Below, one piece after another: positions 17,339 to 26,049 of a stretch of 62,480 nt of DNA. The stretch is from contig JANPFV010000041.1 in NCBI GenBank assembly GCA_031423615.1, positions 1 through 62,480 on the forward strand. The letters are read 5' to 3'. Every line of letters begins with the position of its first letter. The first letter of the stretch is position 1. Origin of the DNA: Candidatus Omnitrophota bacterium (GTDB taxonomy: Bacteria > Omnitrophota > Gorgyraeia > Zapsychrales > JANLHA01). The position numbers and the translations under genes are program-made. The notes beneath the pieces are model-generated. The model saw only the letters and a program-made list of their open reading frames with translations. It had not been told where the DNA came from and ran no database searches.

Positions 17339-18316
17339 CTAAAGGGAACTGAGGTCTTTGAGTTTTTTTGCCACCTGATCCTGATTGGGCTCCAGTCCGA
17401 TGGAAAGCTTCCAGAATTTTTTGGCCGTGTCCTTTTCACCCATTTTAAAATAAACGTCTCCCAGATGCTCATAAATGGCCGGGTCTTTTAATAAGCTGTC
17501 CGCCTTATTAAGGTATTCGAGGGCTTTTGCGAAATCACCCTTTTTGAAATAAATCCATCCCAAACTGTCTAAATACGCGCCGTTGCGGGGAGAAATTTTC
17601 ACGGCGCGCTGGACAAGTTCCAAAGCCTCGTCCAGATGGATTCCGTCTTCCGCGTAAAGATATCCCAGCGAGTTCAACGTTTCATCATGCTCCGGGTCGA
17701 TTTTTAAAGCACGGACAAAAAGTTCCAAAGCCTTGTCGCGATTTTTTTCCTCAAGGTATAAGGAACCTAAAAGATAAACGAGATCCGCATTATCCGTCGG
17801 GTTAATTTCCAGGACCTTTTCGAATTGCTTGATCGCCTTTCCATATTGTTTCTGGGAATAATACAATTGTCCCAAGAAACCATAAATCTCGACATTCTGC
17901 GGATCGGCCTGAGAAAGCGAGGTCAAAATTTTTTCATATTCTTTCGACGCGCTATCGTAATCTCTTTTGGTTGTATAAATAAGGGCGAGCAAGTAACGTC
18001 CCTGGACATTTTGGGGATCGTCTTTGAGAAGGGCGTTTAATTCCTTGGCCGCCTCGTCAAGTTTTCCTAAACGGGCATAATCCGCACCCAGGCGCAGACG
18101 CACGGCGCTGGACGCTTTGAATTTGGCGCTGTGCTCATAGGCGCTGATGGCTTTCTCCGTATCACCATTCAAATCGTGGATAACGCCCATGGCGTAGGAT
18201 GTAATGGAATGGACTTGTTCTTCCTGAGATTCCATGGCAAAGCCAATGGCCGGGAACAAGAAAAAAAACGTCGCAATGATCCATAAAAAAGATTTGCCGA
18301 TTTTTTCTAGTTTCAT
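17339..18316 (-). CDS. tetratricopeptide-repeat protein with an N-terminal signal/anchor
   Basis: Hydrophobic N-terminus (SFLWIIATFFFLFPAIGFA) followed by repeated A..Y/LG..Y....Y..A...F..AL..DP TPR units. Confidence 0.8.
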   Translation of the reverse strand: MKLEKIGKSFLWIIATFFFLFPAIGFAMESQEEQVHSITSYAMGVIHDLNGDTEKAISAYEHSAKFKASSAVRLRLGADYARLGKLDEAAKELNALLKDDPQNVQGRYLLALIYTTKRDYDSASKEYEKILTSLSQADPQNVEIYGFLGQLYYSQKQYGKAIKQFEKVLEINPTDNADLVYLLGSLYLEEKNRDKALELFVRALKIDPEHDETLNSLGYLYAEDGIHLDEALELVQRAVKISPRNGAYLDSLGWIYFKKGDFAKALEYLNKADSLLKDPAIYEHLGDVYFKMGEKDTAKKFWKLSIGLEPNQDQVAKKLKDLSSL

Positions 18317-18365
18317 GACGTGAAACTCCTGTTTTCGACACTCCGCTCGACCTTGAGGGTCTTCG

Positions 18366-18467
18366 CTACGCCCAATCGCGTTTCTTGAGATGACGAAGCG
18401 CTTTACGAATTTTCTTACGCTTGTGCGTCCGGATCTTTCGAAGTTTGCGTTTTCTTCCGCAAGGCAT
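18366..18467 (-). CDS. 33-aa highly basic protein, bS22-like (AURKAIP1/COX24-type small ribosomal protein) candidate
   Basis: Not in the ORF track because it is under 60 aa. ATG at 18467 and TAG at 18368-18366. It encodes MPCGRKRKLRKIRTHKRKKIRKALRHLKKRDWA, preceded by agaaaggg. It fills the hisG-TPR gap in the same orientation as its neighbours. Confidence 0.55.
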   Translation of the reverse strand: MPCGRKRKLRKIRTHKRKKIRKALRHLKKRDWA

Positions 18468-18484
18468 ATGTGCCCTTTCTAAGG

Positions 18485-19360
18485 TTAATAAATAATCTTA
18501 TTTAAAGTATATTCGATAATGCCCTCGGCGCCAGCTAATTTTAACTGGGGAACGAGGATGCGCACCTTGCTCTCATGGATCACCGTCTCGACGGCCAGCC
18601 AGCCTTTTTGGCTGAGAGTGGAAATCGTCGGGTTTTTGAGCGAAGTTAAAAGACTTAAAACTTTTTTCAAATTCTTTTCTTCCAGATTTAGCTTAAGGCC
18701 GACCATGCCTTCGGCCGCAATCGCACCCTGCAGCAACATGGCGATCTGGGCCATTTTGTTTTTTTTCCACGCATCCTTGGCCGCGGCTTTATTGGAAATA
18801 AATTGTGTGGTAGATTCGCAAAGGGTCGTCACAATCCTTAAATTGTGGGCTTTTAAACTGCTCCCCGTCTCGGTTAATTCCACGATGGCGTCAACCAACC
18901 CGGTGGCGACCTTGGCTTCGGTCGCCCCCCAGCTAAATTCGACATCGGCCTTGACTTTATGCGTCTTTAAATAATTGCGGGTGACATTCACCAGTTCCGT
19001 AGCCAAGCGTTTTCCCTCTAAATCTTTGACCGACTTGATAGAGGAAGCTTCCGGAACAGCCAGAACCCAGCGGACCTTGACCGATGATGTTTTGGCATAA
19101 ACCAAATCCGCAATCACACTCACCTGGGATTCATTTTCCTGAATCCAATCCGCGCCCGTGATCCCGCAGTCCAAAACGCCCTGCTCCACATAACGGGACA
19201 TTTCTTGAGCGCGCAAAAGCACCAATTCAATTTCCAGATCATCAATCGTCGGAAAATACGATCTTGCCGAAACATTGACCTTATAACCGGCCCGTTCAAA
19301 AACCTTGACCGTGGCTTCCTGAAGGCTACCCTTAGGCAACCCCAATTTCAATTTTGTCAT
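18485..19360 (-). CDS. hisG: ATP phosphoribosyltransferase, long form
   Basis: [26 protein letters not shown]... and [10 protein letters not shown]. 291 aa including the C-terminal regulatory domain. Confidence 0.9.
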   Translation of the reverse strand: MTKLKLGLPKGSLQEATVKVFERAGYKVNVSARSYFPTIDDLEIELVLLRAQEMSRYVEQGVLDCGITGADWIQENESQVSVIADLVYAKTSSVKVRWVLAVPEASSIKSVKDLEGKRLATELVNVTRNYLKTHKVKADVEFSWGATEAKVATGLVDAIVELTETGSSLKAHNLRIVTTLCESTTQFISNKAAAKDAWKKNKMAQIAMLLQGAIAAEGMVGLKLNLEEKNLKKVLSLLTSLKNPTISTLSQKGWLAVETVIHESKVRILVPQLKLAGAEGIIEYTLNKIIY

Positions 19361-19390
19361 GAATTATATTTCCTTCTTAAGTAAGGCGAC

Positions 19391-19419
19391 ATTATAACCA
19401 TCCGGGTGAAGGTTGTAAA
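19391..19419 (-). promoter_or_regulatory. sigma-70-type promoter for hisG
   Basis: The minus strand reads TTTACA, a 17-nt spacer, then TATAAT, about 30 nt upstream of the hisG ATG. Confidence 0.5.
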
Positions 19420-19428
19420 GAAATTTTC

Positions 19429-19457
19429 TTGTCAAAGCCCAGCCTGACGGTTATAAT
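19429..19457 (+). promoter_or_regulatory. sigma-70-type promoter for the ppiD-like gene
   Basis: TTGTCA (19429-19434), a 17-nt spacer, then TATAAT (19452-19457), about 50 nt upstream of the ATG at 19510. Confidence 0.5.
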
Positions 19458-19509
19458 GCGGACTTTATAATCATCCCTGTTCCCCGCAAAATTTTAACCG
19501 AGGTCATGT

Positions 19510-21042
19510 ATGCTGAAAATTCTACGCAAAAAAGGTGTGTCTAAAATCATTCTCTGGGTCTTGGCGGTCATTATCATTCTGGCCTTCGGTGTTTTTGGTT
19601 CGGTCTACCGCATGGAATCCAGCGCGGATAAAAAATTAAAATACGCCGGAAAAATCTTCGGAGAAAAAGTCCCTTTTGCTGATTTTCAAAATCAGTATGA
19701 ACAAACCATTATTTCCGACAAGCTCAATTTCGGGAATAATTTCGCCAAGATAAAATTTCAACTCGACCAGGACCGCGTAGAACGAACCTGGGTCCGGATC
19801 ATGCTGCTGAAAGAAGCGGAAAAGCGCAACATCAAAATATCCGACGACGAATTAGTCAAAGCCATTGCGGCTTTTCCCAATTTTCAAACTTCCGATAAAT
19901 TCAACGATGTCTATTATCAAAATATTCTGAAAAATTTCCTGAATATTACGCCGAGAAATTTTGAGGAATGTTTTCGCGATAAACTCAAACTCGACAAGGT
20001 CATTGTCCAGGAAACGGCCACGATTTCCGTTAGTGAAGAAGAAACCAAAAAGGCCTACCGTCAATACAATGAAAAAGTCCAGGTCAGCTATCTGCTCTTT
20101 GCCAATGACAGCTTTAGAAGCCAAATTGTCGCCGAGGAAAATAAAATCCAAAAATTTTACGAAGACCATAAAACGGACTTCGCCGCGCCGCCTATGGTCA
20201 ACGTGGAGTTTTTACGTTTTGATTTTCCCGCGCCGATGAGCCAGGCGGAAAAAGGGAAAGAGGCCCCCGCGGTCAGCGAAGAAGACAAAGATGCCGCTTG
20301 GCACACAGCTTACGATGCCCGTCAGGAATTGAAAGCGGATCCCGACTTTAGCGTTGTCGCCGCAAAAAACAAAATCAAGGTGGAAGAAAGCGGATTTTTC
20401 AGCATGGAACAGCCTAACCTCAAAGCCGGCTGGCCCTTCGAATTGATCCAAAAGATTTTTGAAATGAAGGCTGGTGACATTAGCGATCCCGTGGAAACCG
20501 CGCGCGGTTATCAAATCTTGCGCATCAAAGAAACCAAGGACGCGTCCATGCCTTTATTAAGTGAAGTCAAAGACAAGGTGACCGACCAATGGAAATCCAT
20601 GGAAGCGTCCAAACTGGCAAAAGCCAAGGCCGACGAAGTTTTGCTTAAAATCCGCGAATTGTCAGAGAAAAATCCCAACTTTGATTTAATGAAAACCGCC
20701 AAGGACATGGGCGGGGAACTCGTCCAGACTCCCCTTTTCGGCCGCGCGGAGAGCTATCTGCCCAAGCTGGGACCTGCCCCGGATTTCATGGAAAAAGCTT
20801 TTGACCTTACCAAGGACAAGCCCTTAAGCTCTGTCGCGGAAACATCCAAAGGATATTGCATTCTGCGTTTGGATAACCGCTCCGAGGCTGACATGACAAA
20901 TTTTGAAAAGGAAAAGCAGAAGTTTGCCAACGCAATTTTGATGGAAAAGAAGACGAAGGCTTTTAATGATTTCCTTGCCCATCTGCGATTGAAATCGAAT
21001 TTGGAATCTTTCATTCCGGAAAGCAAAAAAGCCCTGAAATAA
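19510..21042 (+). CDS. PpiD/SurA-like periplasmic chaperone / peptidyl-prolyl isomerase, membrane anchored
   Basis: MLKILRKKGVSKIILWVLAVIIILAFGVFG is the typical PpiD start and anchor. It also has SurA-N-like segments and a parvulin-like GDISDPVETARGYQILRIKE. Confidence 0.8.
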   Translation: MLKILRKKGVSKIILWVLAVIIILAFGVFGSVYRMESSADKKLKYAGKIFGEKVPFADFQNQYEQTIISDKLNFGNNFAKIKFQLDQDRVERTWVRIMLLKEAEKRNIKISDDELVKAIAAFPNFQTSDKFNDVYYQNILKNFLNITPRNFEECFRDKLKLDKVIVQETATISVSEEETKKAYRQYNEKVQVSYLLFANDSFRSQIVAEENKIQKFYEDHKTDFAAPPMVNVEFLRFDFPAPMSQAEKGKEAPAVSEEDKDAAWHTAYDARQELKADPDFSVVAAKNKIKVEESGFFSMEQPNLKAGWPFELIQKIFEMKAGDISDPVETARGYQILRIKETKDASMPLLSEVKDKVTDQWKSMEASKLAKAKADEVLLKIRELSEKNPNFDLMKTAKDMGGELVQTPLFGRAESYLPKLGPAPDFMEKAFDLTKDKPLSSVAETSKGYCILRLDNRSEADMTNFEKEKQKFANAILMEKKTKAFNDFLAHLRLKSNLESFIPESKKALK

Positions 21043-21558
21043 TTACTTGGAAACCTCAACGGCGAAAATGTCCGCGAAATTATCGGGCAAGGCATGTTCG
21101 ATGTCCACCACGACACCGTCCCGGTCAATAAAAAATAAAGTCGGAAGGCCAATGAGGCCGTATTGTTCCGAGACCAAAGATTCCTCATCAATAAAGGAAG
21201 GAAAGGGCAGCTTGATTTTATCCAAAAAGGACTTGACCCGCCGCGGACTTTCCCCGGCATCCACCAAAATAACCTTGATGCCTTTCTTCTTAAACCCGTC
21301 GGCCTGACGGACCAAGAGACGCATTTCTTCCCGGCAAGCCGGACACCACGTCGTCCAAAAGAAAACGATGGCCGGGTCACTGCCCCGGTATTTGTTTAGA
21401 CTCGTTGTTTCATCTGATGTCAAAGCCAGTGTAAAATCCGGCGCCTGTTTGTGCAGCAAGGGATTTTCATCAAATATGAATTGTCCTTCCGCCTTAAAAG
21501 GCATAAACACCAACACCGCCATACTCAAAACCAGCATCCATCGGCCCGCTATTTTCAT
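21043..21558 (-). CDS. TlpA/redoxin-family thiol:disulfide oxidoreductase, exported
   Basis: Signal peptide and the FFWTTWCPACREEM (CxxC) thioredoxin-fold motif. Confidence 0.87.
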   Translation of the reverse strand: MKIAGRWMLVLSMAVLVFMPFKAEGQFIFDENPLLHKQAPDFTLALTSDETTSLNKYRGSDPAIVFFWTTWCPACREEMRLLVRQADGFKKKGIKVILVDAGESPRRVKSFLDKIKLPFPSFIDEESLVSEQYGLIGLPTLFFIDRDGVVVDIEHALPDNFADIFAVEVSK

Positions 21559-21576
21559 TTAAACCTCCACTATCTT

Positions 21577-21891
21577 CTATTGTGTTTCGGCAGCCAGCCA
21601 TGCCGAATATTTTTTATCGCCCGCCATAATCGGCAGGGCAATGATTTCCGGGACTTGATAACCATGGACTTCCTTGACCGCTTTTGCCGTTTTTGTAAAA
21701 AGAGCTTTGCGCGTCTTTACGATCAAAAGCACTTCTCGCGATTGCTCTAACTTTCCTTCCCAACGGTAATGAGATTCCATTCCGTCGATAATATTGACAC
21801 AGGCCGCTAAATTTTTTGCCAAGAGATGTCCGGCAATTTTGCGCCCTTCGATCAAATTTTTCGCAGTCACATAGATGGCAATAAATTTCAT
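21577..21891 (-). CDS. cutA: divalent-cation tolerance protein CutA
   Basis: 104 aa. YVTAKNLIEGRKIAGHLLAKNLAACVNI...YRWEGKLE matches the CutA1 pattern. Confidence 0.87.
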   Translation of the reverse strand: MKFIAIYVTAKNLIEGRKIAGHLLAKNLAACVNIIDGMESHYRWEGKLEQSREVLLIVKTRKALFTKTAKAVKEVHGYQVPEIIALPIMAGDKKYSAWLAAETQ

Positions 21892-21917
21892 AGTATTAAC
21901 ATTATACCAGATTCGCG

Positions 21918-22640
21918 TTACGACTCACCATTTCTCACCAGCAAGGACAAATGCCGTCCCGCTTTTTCTCTGTCACGACGATATGAAAAATAATCCGTTC
22001 CACAGCAAGTGCATTCTTTCATGATAAAAATATTTTCCTTTTGCACGCCGCAATCCAAGAGCTGATTGCGATTGACCCACGACAAATCCAAGCACCGTTG
22101 ACCCTCAATATAAGCTATCCCATCGGGAAAAATTTTCTCAAACTCCGGCCCCACTTCATAGCAACAGCGGCGGATGGCCGGGCCAAATTGAGCTTGGATG
22201 TGCCCCGGATGGCTGCCGTAATATTTTTCTAAAGCTTCAACAGTTTTCGCAACAATTTTCTGCTGGGTCCCTTTCCACCCGGCGTGAGCCAAGCCAATAC
22301 ATTTTTGTTTGGAATCATAAAGAAAAACCGGTAAACAATCCGCCGTCCGAACGGAAAGAACAACCCCCGCAACATTGGTCACCACCGCATCAGCTTCTGG
22401 CAAATCGCCCGTTTGCGGGATATCCTGGCTAAAAACCGCCAACACTTTATTTCCATGAACCTGACGGATGGTAAAAACTTTTTCCGGCATGATGTGATAC
22501 TTTGTCCACAGCGCATCCTTCTGCGGCAAGGAAAAACCTCTCGCCTGCGGCGGCAAAGTAAAGTCGTCTAAACAGTCCGTAAACCCGAGCCTCACTTCCG
22601 GCGGGAAATATGTTTCAACGGGATTCACGGATAGCTTCAA
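21918..22640 (-). CDS. pgeF: YfiH/PgeF-family laccase-domain protein (purine nucleoside phosphorylase / peptidoglycan editing factor)
   Basis: QVHGNKV, ADAVVTN..GVVLSVRTADCLPV, GLAHAGWKG and C..CC motifs. The exact start is uncertain. Confidence 0.85.
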   Translation of the reverse strand: MKLSVNPVETYFPPEVRLGFTDCLDDFTLPPQARGFSLPQKDALWTKYHIMPEKVFTIRQVHGNKVLAVFSQDIPQTGDLPEADAVVTNVAGVVLSVRTADCLPVFLYDSKQKCIGLAHAGWKGTQQKIVAKTVEALEKYYGSHPGHIQAQFGPAIRRCCYEVGPEFEKIFPDGIAYIEGQRCLDLSWVNRNQLLDCGVQKENIFIMKECTCCGTDYFSYRRDREKAGRHLSLLVRNGES

Positions 22641-23781
22641 CTTTCAGATCAATAGCCGCATCTGGCAATAATGTTTCGGTGATGGCGGGATTGCCTTTTT
22701 TATATTCTTCTATTTGGCGGATCTTGGTGTCCATCTGCGCAAAGTTCTTGGACTTTATATCCGAATAAAGCAAATTCAACTTCTCGACCTGTTTACCAAG
22801 CTCGTCGTCAAATCGTCCTTTAAACCGTCCATACAGGCCCATGAATTGTTCCAGCAGTCCAATGATCTTGCGGATGTCGTTTTCATAACGAAAATTTTCA
22901 TGCGCCTGACGGATCACGGACAGCATCGCATAAAGCGTGAAGGGCGAACAAAGAACAACTTTATCCTTGAGAGCTTCGGTCATCAATTCCGGCAGGTTTT
23001 CTTGAATAAAACCAAACACTTGTTCATTGGGAATAAAGAGCAAAACAAAGTCGAGCGTACTCTCTGCGGGATTGATATATTCACGATGCTGGATTTCCTT
23101 TATCCGTTGTTTTACATTCTTTAGAAATTCTTTGAGCGCCGCATCTTTGTCTAATCCCTCGGGACAATTCACCATTTTGATATAATTGTCGAGAGGAAAC
23201 TTCGCATCCATATTGACCCGATGCCCATTAGGAAGAAAAAAGGCATAATCCGGCTTGGTTGCGGCATTGTCCTGTTTTTTTTGCTTCTCATAATTGACAC
23301 CTTCCAGCAAACCCGCATAACGAATGATGTCTTCGGCCATGCGCTCGCCCCATTGGCCGCGCAATTTGACATTCCCGAGAATATTATTCAAATGATTCGT
23401 CGTGTCTTGCAAGCGCTGGGTGGCCAAAGACGCATTTTTTAATTCATTTTCAAGCTTGCCATATTTCATCGAACGGTCCTGCTCAAAATCGCGGACCATT
23501 TTTTGATAGTGGAAAAGTTCTTCTTTAAGCTGGCTGACCCATGTCTCGACGGCCTGCTTGCGGACTTCCAGTTCACCCGAAGCCTTGCTCTGCTCGTTCT
23601 TAAACTGCTGACCGGCTAAAAGCAAGAACTGCTCCTGATTGGACCGCATCTGTTCGGCAATACGCTTTTCAAAAATCGCGACCTGCTCCTGACTGTGATT
23701 CTGCAAAACTTTTTGCAAAATAAAAACAAACACTGCCAAAATAATGGCTACGGCTAAGATTCCAATGACCACAAGTCCCAT
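22615..23781 (-). CDS. rmuC: DNA recombination protein RmuC
   Basis: N-terminal TM helix, a coiled-coil, then the RmuC nuclease-like core (DFVLLFIPNEQVFGFI). I trimmed the start to the ATG at 23781, which is preceded by GGAGG. Confidence 0.88.
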   Translation of the reverse strand: MGLVVIGILAVAIILAVFVFILQKVLQNHSQEQVAIFEKRIAEQMRSNQEQFLLLAGQQFKNEQSKASGELEVRKQAVETWVSQLKEELFHYQKMVRDFEQDRSMKYGKLENELKNASLATQRLQDTTNHLNNILGNVKLRGQWGERMAEDIIRYAGLLEGVNYEKQKKQDNAATKPDYAFFLPNGHRVNMDAKFPLDNYIKMVNCPEGLDKDAALKEFLKNVKQRIKEIQHREYINPAESTLDFVLLFIPNEQVFGFIQENLPELMTEALKDKVVLCSPFTLYAMLSVIRQAHENFRYENDIRKIIGLLEQFMGLYGRFKGRFDDELGKQVEKLNLLYSDIKSKNFAQMDTKIRQIEEYKKGNPAITETLLPDAAIDLKVEAIRESR

Positions 23782-23894
23782 AAATCCTCCCCCAAAATGT
23801 CCTCCCCGCAATCCTTTAGCGGGGATCCATGGTTTCCCTAATTAAAATTAATATATTCCGCCAACAGGCACCCTTTGGGTTAAATGAAATTATT

Positions 23895-25052
23895 TTACTT
23901 CCCCCGCCCAATAGCGCTCTCGCCAAACTTGTTCTTAATCAAGTCAACTGCGGAATGAATCTTTTCTAGTCGCTCATCAACAGGGTTGCTAAATAGACTG
24001 TCTTGGACATAAGCATCGACAAAATTATTCACCCGGATCCCAATCAACCGAATTTGCATTCCCGTCTTGAAGAAATTCTTAAAAAGATCCTTGGCCTTCA
24101 TGAAAATAACATCGGTATAGTTGGTCCGCTCCCTCAACGTAACCGCACGGGTGAAGGTGGAAAAATCTTTCAAACGTATTTTAATGGTAATGGTCTTGCC
24201 TTTCAAGTCATCCTTTCGCAGGCGGCGCGAAACCTGCTCGGAAAGGTCCAGCAAGGTCGCCAAAATCACTTCGCCATTTCCCGTATCACAATCAAATGTA
24301 TGCTCGTGGCTGATGGATTTGACCTCAATATTTTCTTTTACTTCACGCGGATCAATGCCTCGAGACAAATTGTACAAATGCTCACCGCCGTCCCCATATG
24401 TTTTTTGCATATCGGCCAATGAAAATTTAGACAGTTGACCAATCGTCTGAATTCCTAAGCGATGTAGACTTTCCGCCGTCTTGGGTCCTACACCCCATAA
24501 GCGTTCAATGGGCAGAGGATGTAAAAAATCTAAAATCCTACTTGCGGAAACTTCCAGAAGTCCGTCGGGTTTGGATAAATCTGACGCGATCTTGGCCACA
24601 AAATTGACCGGGGCAATTCCCACCGAAGCCGTGAGTCCCACTTCTTTGCGAACACGTTCTTTTAAATATTTAGCAGTTTTAACCGGCCCGCCAAATAAAT
24701 GATGACTCGTCGTAATATCCAAAAATGCCTCATCAATACTCAAGCCTTGAATATGCGGAGTAAAATCGTTAAAAATTGCAAAAACTTTTCGCGATGCTTG
24801 GTTGTATTTTTCAAAATGCGGCTGGACAAAAATGGCATGGGGACAGAGGTGAAAGGCTTTAGAAATGGGCATTGCGGAACGAATCCCAAAAGGCCGTGCT
24901 TCATAAGAACAGGTGGAAACAACGCCCCGGCCCCGCCCACCCTTAGGATCAGCACCAATAACAACGGGTTTTCCCCGCAAACGGGAATCATCTCTTTGCT
25001 CAACGCTGGCAAAGAAAGCATCGAGATCGACGTGGAGGATTGTTTTAAACAT
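23895..25052 (-). CDS. dinB: DNA polymerase IV (Y-family)
   Basis: ILHVDLDAFFASVEQRDD, SIDEAFLD and the HhH region LWGVGPKT. Confidence 0.93.
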   Translation of the reverse strand: MFKTILHVDLDAFFASVEQRDDSRLRGKPVVIGADPKGGRGRGVVSTCSYEARPFGIRSAMPISKAFHLCPHAIFVQPHFEKYNQASRKVFAIFNDFTPHIQGLSIDEAFLDITTSHHLFGGPVKTAKYLKERVRKEVGLTASVGIAPVNFVAKIASDLSKPDGLLEVSASRILDFLHPLPIERLWGVGPKTAESLHRLGIQTIGQLSKFSLADMQKTYGDGGEHLYNLSRGIDPREVKENIEVKSISHEHTFDCDTGNGEVILATLLDLSEQVSRRLRKDDLKGKTITIKIRLKDFSTFTRAVTLRERTNYTDVIFMKAKDLFKNFFKTGMQIRLIGIRVNNFVDAYVQDSLFSNPVDERLEKIHSAVDLIKNKFGESAIGRGK

Positions 25053-25079
25053 GGGGGCGGATCTAAAAAACCAACTAAG

Positions 25080-25583
25080 TCAATAACCCATTTTGGTACA
25101 GATTCCGGTGCCGGTATCGTTGCAACCGACTTGCATTTGCCCTCCAGGAGAGGTCACTCTCACATAAATCGTATATACCCCACCCGCACAACCGCCACTA
25201 CCAGAGGGACAGACGGCCATAGGAACACATCCTGCATTTCCCTCTCCCGCCTGCGGCAGACGAGTCACAGAAGAAACCATACAAATGCTGTTAGGAGTAC
25301 TGCTAAAGGCCACCGCATATGAAAATGTGCGTATCGTCGGACGGATAAAGTCTAAGTCGTTAAAATTCAGGGCAATGTTTCCGTTGTGCTCCATCGCATA
25401 TCGTTTTTCACTTGTGAGAAGTGTCATAGCGATCTGTTCAATCTCTTTTGCGTTCATTTTTTCAGTTAAGATTCCGTATTTCACTAAAGCAAGAGACGCA
25501 ATAACACCCACAATAATAACGACGATCAAGATTTCCATTAAGCTAAAGGCATAAGAGTTAGGAAGGAAGCTATTTTTTTTCAT
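25080..25583 (-). CDS. type IV pilin / pseudopilin-like protein with a prepilin-type N-terminal motif
   Basis: From the ATG at 25583: MKKNSFLPNSYA|FSLMEILIVVIIVGVIASLAL. This is a class III signal with Glu at +5. The C-terminal domain is Cys-rich. I trimmed the start from the ORF-track position at 25817. Confidence 0.75.
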   Translation of the reverse strand: MKKNSFLPNSYAFSLMEILIVVIIVGVIASLALVKYGILTEKMNAKEIEQIAMTLLTSEKRYAMEHNGNIALNFNDLDFIRPTIRTFSYAVAFSSTPNSICMVSSVTRLPQAGEGNAGCVPMAVCPSGSGGCAGGVYTIYVRVTSPGGQMQVGCNDTGTGICTKMGY

Positions 25584-26004
25584 AGGCGACCTCATTGACG
25601 GCGGTGAGGGTCCCTCTAGGAGTGTAATCAAAAATTTTAAGCCGGCCTTCAGCGTCAAAGTACAAGTACACTTTGTCTGAACCAAACAATTTTGTAGAAT
25701 AACGATACATCCAAACGCGATACATTGTTTTGTCAAGCGTGACCGTCGTTTCAAATATCGGGGCACCAAAGTCGGCCCACACGCGCGGCTGGTCCGGATA
25801 GCGCGCAATTGTTCCATGCTTCACGGCAGAGAGCAATCGCTCAAATTTCTCGTTTTGTTTTTGGACTAAAACGGCCTGGGCGTCCTTCTCTTCACTATAT
25901 CCTTTAATCCGGAGCAATTCCTGCAGATGCGCCGCCTTAGCACAGCCGGGCGATAAAGCAGCTAAAAATAATATCAAAAGAAATAATGGTCGTGTCGAAA
26001 TCAT
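25570..26004 (-). CDS. lipoprotein of unknown function
   Basis: MISTRPLFLLILFLAALSPGC has a lipobox. 144 aa. I recognise no family. Confidence 0.6.
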   Translation of the reverse strand: MISTRPLFLLILFLAALSPGCAKAAHLQELLRIKGYSEEKDAQAVLVQKQNEKFERLLSAVKHGTIARYPDQPRVWADFGAPIFETTVTLDKTMYRVWMYRYSTKLFGSDKVYLYFDAEGRLKIFDYTPRGTLTAVNEVAYEKK

Positions 26005-26049
26005 TGCCCCAAGTATACCATTTTTTGAATTAAATTAACATTCCGCCCG

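Noticed and set aside
21040-21045. The convergent ppiD-like and TlpA-like genes end with directly abutting stop codons (taa/tta), leaving no intergenic space for terminators.
   Set aside because: This is real but probably just reflects the general gene compaction of this genome. I cannot extract further signal from the sequence alone.
23812-23894. A short hairpin (ccccgc-N9-gcgggg) between dinB and rmuC as a possible terminator.
   Set aside because: It has only a 6-bp stem and no U-tract, and it sits right at the rmuC RBS. The evidence is too weak to call.
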